Source: Halocafeteria seosinensis (taxonomy: Eukaryota). Taken from it: a DNA stretch of 64,000 nucleotides. The stretch spans positions 62,001-126,000 of the forward strand of contig LVLI01000154.1 of assembly GCA_001687465.1 (NCBI GenBank), in the 5' to 3' direction. Positions 58,942 to 64,000 of the stretch are shown here, one piece after another. The notes under the pieces were generated by a model. The model did no database searches, was not told the DNA's origin, and saw nothing but the letters and a program-made list of their open reading frames with translations. Every line of letters starts with the position of its first letter. Position 1 is the stretch's first letter. The translations under genes and the position numbers were made by a program.

Positions 58942-61900
58942 ATGTCGCAGGAGGTGGGTCATTTTCCCTTTCAGAACGCCCGCTTGTGGGCGTATAGAGC
59001 CCTGATAAGACGGTGAAATAGTGTGGTAAACCTATCCTCTTGATGTGATTCTATGCAGAGCGCTGGCCAATTACTTTCTGATGCGGCCTTTGCCGAAAGG
59101 CTGGACGACGTCCGAGAACTCATTGTGAATGGGGCCGACATCAATGCGCGTGACAGGGTAAGTCGCCTGGTTCTTGACTCCTGGTGGTGTGTGTGGTAGA
59201 AAAGGGAAGACGAAACCCCTTAGTGTTCGTTAGCCTTGTTTCTTGGTTGTTCGGGGATGTAGTTGGGGATGACGCTAGATTTCTTACATTTGTATGGCTC
59301 GCAGGATGGATTTACTGCCCTTCATAGGACCTGTGTGACAGGAAAGACCAATGTGATCAAGGTCCTTTTGGAACATGGGGCAGATGTGAACTCGACAGAT
59401 ATGTATGGTGATTCCCCCTTGCATTATGCCTGTTTCTGTGGACATAAAGAGGCAATTGAACTTCTACTTGCATACGGAGCTGATCCAACGCGTCAAAGCG
59501 GCGACGGTAAGACTCCCATTGACAGCGCCAGAGAAGAAAAGCATGAGCATATATTCCCAATCTTAGACAAGTACGCCCCGGAGGTCACGCGACTCAAACC
59601 CAAACCGCCCGCCGCTCCACCGTCCGCAAATGGAGCAAGCAACGGGCCAAGCAAGGTTTCGGCTGAAGAATTTGGGTTGGGGAAAAATTCATCGACAATC
59701 ATTGGAGGAACTGGTCAAACGGGCACAGTGGCAGGCTTGGACTTTAGCAAGGGTGTTATCATCGAAGGTGAACTCCAAAAGAAACGAGCAAACAAGGTGC
59801 TTGCCTGGCGGAAGAAGTACTATATCATGAGTAGCACTTATGGTGCTATGTTCTTTTGGACAGGTAGTCGTGACCACCAAGAGGGTGTCATTAAGAAAGT
59901 GCGTTTCGAAACATTCTACAAGATAGTCCATCACATGGACAAGAAAGAAGCCCGCCGTTTTGATATTAAGGTTGTAACGGGCAGGACAATGTGCTTACTT
60001 GCAAACACTACTGAGGAAGCTAAGGCTTGGGTTGAAACTATACGTCGTGAATTAGGCCACTATATGGGTGTCTTGAAGATTCAATCCGCTTGGAGAAAAT
60101 ACGCCGCGGTAAAGAAGCTTGCTGCCATCAAGAAGCAACGCAAAGCTGCTGTAGATAAAATTATAGCTACTAAAGCAAATCTTCCGGACGGGTTACGTCC
60201 TGACAAAAATGGCGTTGTGATTGAGGGTCCGTTGAAGAAGAAGAACCACAACACTGTCAGTAATATCCTTGGTTCCTGGAGGTTGCGATACTTTGTGCTG
60301 AACATCGATGAAGCACAGCTCTACTACTACGAGACAAAAGCGAAGAGAAATGCAGGATTTTTGCCTCGAAGTATCCCTGTTTTGAGTTTTTTCTCGGTTT
60401 CCAAGTTTCAAGACCCAAAACAAAGTAACAACGGACGGCGATTTTCCTTGAAAGTCTCCTCTGGGAGGACGTACCAATTCGAGAGCCCATCGGCGAAGAC
60501 AACGGATCAGTGGGTTGCGGCGTTACAGGCTGTATTACCCCGGGACCACATCGCAGCGATCAAGATTCAATCGACCTATCGAATGTTCAAAGCCAAGCAA
60601 CTCCGCGTCCAGTTAAAGAACAAGAAGGAGGATGTCGTGAAGTCCTTGTCTGAACAGGCCGGCAAGTCCGAGCAGCAACTACTGCGACTAATCGTTAAGA
60701 TACAGGCAATGGTTCGCATGTTCCGTCTCCGTCGAAAGTTCCTGAAGGAACGAGAGGCCCGGCGGCGTCAAGAAGAAAAGATGAAAGAAGTGAAGAAGAA
60801 GCGTTTATGGCTAAAGCGTTCAAATCGGATCGCCGCGGCCGCTGAAGGTGATAAAGAAGAGGCACAGTCCCCTTCAGCCGGTAAGGGAAGCGCTGCCCCC
60901 GCCCAAAATATGACGACGAAGAATCGCTTGGCTCGATTGAAGAAACTTAAACAAAAGAAAGAAAAGAACAACAATGCCATGGGTGCTGAAGGCGCTACCA
61001 AGATTCCCCTTGTAGATGAACGCGGCGTTGAATGGACGAAACACTTCGACGAACAAGACCAGCCATTCTACGCGTCTACCCAAGAAGAAACCTCATGGGA
61101 ACCCCCTAATAATACTGTCGGTACCGATTACTACCCTTATTATCAAACAACTGATGCGGATAGCGGAGACAAGTTCTTTGTGAATGCGTATGATGATGAA
61201 ACCTCATGGGACATGCCACCGGGATGGCAGTCGCACTGTGATATCTCTGATGAAAATGCTCGCAAAGAAGCTCGTGAGGGCGCTGATGTCTACCATTGGA
61301 GCACTGCAGAAGATCCCGAAAGCGGTGCGGTATACTTCGTCAATAGTGTTTCCGGTAGGAGACAGTGGGATAAGCCTCCTGGCTGGGATACTTACATTGC
61401 GGAGCAGAAGGGAACATCTGGCGATGAGTGGGTGGAGGTGGAGGACCCTACAACCGGGAAACCGTATTGGTATAATCCCGAAACCGGTGAACGAAAGTTT
61501 GCCACCACTAAAGATACCGGAGTTGTGGATGGGGATGTCGACAGTGACGATGAAGATGGAGCCGCAAGTGGCCCTTCGGAAGAGAGCAAGAAAGACCAAC
61601 CTGAGTGGGAAGAGCTTACCGATCCGACGACGAAGAAGACGTACTATTACAACAGCAAGACAGGTGAAAGTAAATGGGCTGAAGAGGATACTGCTGAAGA
61701 AGACGACGAATTAAATGTACACGAAGCATTTTCGTTTACAAGCTTCGTCAACGAGCAATTACAGGGCTGCGCCGATGAGGTTCCGGGCTTACCGCTGGAT
61801 ACTGAAGCGGACCCACCGGCAATAGTCGAAGCTTTAAGGAATGGCGTAGTGTTGACAAAGCTAGTGAATTCCATACTACCCGACTCTGTAGACGAACGAG

Positions 61901-63414
61901 TGCTAGACTTCGACGCAACTCCCATGGAAGAGCGACCCAGTGATAAGGACCCATCCTCATCTGTGCGGCCTGCTAGAGAGAATATCCAATTGGCACTATC
62001 TGCGGCTGCTTCCCACGGTGCATTCTTCCAGTCCCAAGATGTGTCTACTCTTGCCGGTAACATTGAACAGGGTCACGGTCCGACCATTCTTGACGTTGTC
62101 TGGAGGTTGTGGAAGTTGGACTTAGACAAGGAATTGAACGTCAGATCGAAGCCTGAGTTGTTGCTCTTAGCGAAGCATAGTGAAAGTGCAAAAGATATGG
62201 TATCCCTGTCCCCGCAGGATATACTGTTGCGGTGGATTAATCATCATATTAGTCGATCCTCTTTTGAAGTCAAACCGGTGAAGAACGTCGAGGACGTCGA
62301 TCTCCCGACTTGCGCTGCGCTCTTGTTGGAAGTCGCTCCGGACTATTGTGGAGATGTTCCCAAATCCGAGGAGGAAGTTCGACGACTCAGTGGCGGGGAT
62401 GAAGATACGGTTGAAGACCTGGCTAACAAAATTCTCGCTGCGGGTTTCGGCGCAGGAGTGCCTAGCTGGTTTACCAGCGGCACATTCGTTCCACCTAATG
62501 GTCGATTACAGTATGCATTTCTGGCATATCTCTTGCAAAATTCTCCTGGTTTGGACTACGACACAAAGAAAAGGACAACGTCGACCTCCAATCGCCGGGC
62601 AACTCAAATGTCGGCCGATGTGGATACGTTGAAAGCAGAGCTGGCGGACATCTCTGGAGACCAAGACGCTGCTGGAACGAAAGAATTACGAACATTCACC
62701 ACCTGGATCAATAGTCTTGGCATTAAAAGCGTCCATGTCAATGATTTGGTAGCAGATGTGTCGGATGGTTTGATGCCGTTACGAGTCATCAATCATGTCG
62801 AGGAAGGGATCGTCAACTGGAAGCGTGTCAATAAACGACCCAAGAGTCGATTTCAACGCGTGGAAAACTGTAACTACCTCATCACTTTAGGACAAGCCAT
62901 GGACTTCCACTTGGTCAACGTCGGTGGTTTAGATTTTGTTGACGGTAATGCCAAAATAGTGCAAGGATTTGTCTGGCAGCTTATGCGGCACCATACTCTG
63001 AAGCTATTATCCCAGATCGCCTTTGATGGATTCGGTGCTGACGAGGCCGATATTCTCCAATGGGCGAATGATACCGTGAAGGAGGCAAATGGGGGTGATA
63101 ATCCAGGGCTGATAAGGAGTTTTAAAGATCCCAAGTTGTCGACTGGTATATATCTTCTAACCCTCCTCTCGCAAGTACGTCCTGTAATTAATTGGGATTT
63201 AGTTACTTCCGGTCAAAGCGATGAAGATAAGGAAAGGAACGCGAAGTACCTACTCAGTGCCGCGCGCAAGATGGGTGCGATAGTGTTTTGTACCTGGGAT
63301 GATATCGTCGAAGTAAATTCTCGTATGATAATGCTTTTCGTCGCATCCATAATGGTTATTTATAACGAGATCCACGGGTCATACCAGGAGGCATCCGGAG
63401 AAGAGTCTGACTGA
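58942..63414 (+). CDS. Multidomain fimbrin/plastin fusion: ankyrin repeats-PH-IQ-PH-IQ-WW repeats-4xCH
   Basis: Exons 58942-58953, 59059-59157 and 59305-63414. GADVN..D..G.SPLHYA; two IEG.L.KK...W PH domains; KIQSAWRKY, KIQSTYRMF, KIQAMVRMF; W.E..DP.TGK.Y.YN..TGE..W repeats; plastin CH motifs LLRWINHH, RTFTTWINSLG, VENCNY, GFVWQLMR, NAKYLLSAARKMGA. Confidence 0.9.
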
Positions 63415-63753
63415 ATTTGTACACAAACTGGGCTTTAACAAACGCCATCGACCATACATAAATAAGACGCATGATTTTAATTCCTTGTAAATTCTTTAAG
63501 TTACCGCAAAATCTCTAAAGGTTGAGCTTCCGTTTTAATATTACTTAAAAAAACATAATATGATCGGAAGTCACCATACGCTAATAGCTACGGTGAGTGC
63601 CGCGTGTAAACTAACACAGGAAGCACACCTAAAGAATCCGGTTTAGAACAGTACACCAGGGAATGCCACTTTCCATCGAGGTTAAGACCTGATGTACAAA
63701 AACAAAACGGTAAGCCATCCCCTCTATCCGAACAATAAAGCATGGACCGCTCT

Positions 63754-64000
63754 TTACTGTTCTACATCCTCCACAGCGGTATCATCACCCTTTTCTCCTT
63801 CTTCACCATTATCACTTGTCCACAGAGTAAGGTTGTCACGGATGAGTTGCATAATCAAGGTAGCATCCTTGTATTGCTCTTCCTGTAAGCTGTCCAACTC
63901 ACTGATAGCTTCGTCAAATGCCGTCTTGGCAAGGGTGCAAGCTTCTTGGGGCATGGACAAGATCTCGTAAAAGAAGACAGAGTAATTTAATGCTAATCCC
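63754..64000 (-). CDS. 14-3-3 protein, C-terminal part (runs off the window)
   Basis: [14 protein letters not shown]...[43 protein letters not shown]. Confidence 0.97.
   Translation of the reverse strand, partial: GLALNYSVFFYEILSMPQEACTLAKTAFDEAISELDSLQEEQYKDATLIMQLIRDNLTLWTSDNGEEGEKGDDTAVEDVEQ

Noticed and set aside
1..64000. CRISPR arrays, tRNA/rRNA genes, transposase or reverse-transcriptase ORFs
   Set aside because: None were recognised by eye. A tRNAscan/Rfam/RepeatMasker run would be needed to exclude them.

Overview
Gene-dense eukaryotic nuclear DNA (~50% GC) with short GT-AG spliceosomal introns, mostly 55-105 nt. An axonemal dynein p28 gene shows the organism is flagellated. The gene content and recurrent intergenic motifs (AACTTCAAC, TACATGTA) suggest a heterotrophic stramenopile-like protist, which is inference only. 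I can support about 27 protein-coding genes. Three are fragmented or absent in the ORF track and were rebuilt by splicing: TRAPPC2L-like, UQCRH/QCR6, and a small G2BR-motif membrane protein. Two adjacent ORFs join into one TPR/coiled-coil gene. Main highlights: (1) two box C/D snoRNA candidates in enlarged eIF3m introns, one apparently a dual guide for 18S rRNA (yeast Gm1572 site) and U2 snRNA (human Am30 site); (2) an intronless accessory island at 26.2-29.6 kb, with a phage/giant-virus-like gene and a P-loop NTPase diverging around an 80-bp, 94%-identical inverted repeat; (3) unusual cytoskeletal architectures, namely an Ank-PH-IQ-PH-IQ-WW-fimbrin fusion and a myosin-IQ-RCC1 protein with degenerate switch motifs; (4) a 9-mer found repeatedly in promoter regions; (5) other structured intronic and intergenic RNA candidates. 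All family calls come from visual motif recognition, not database searches.
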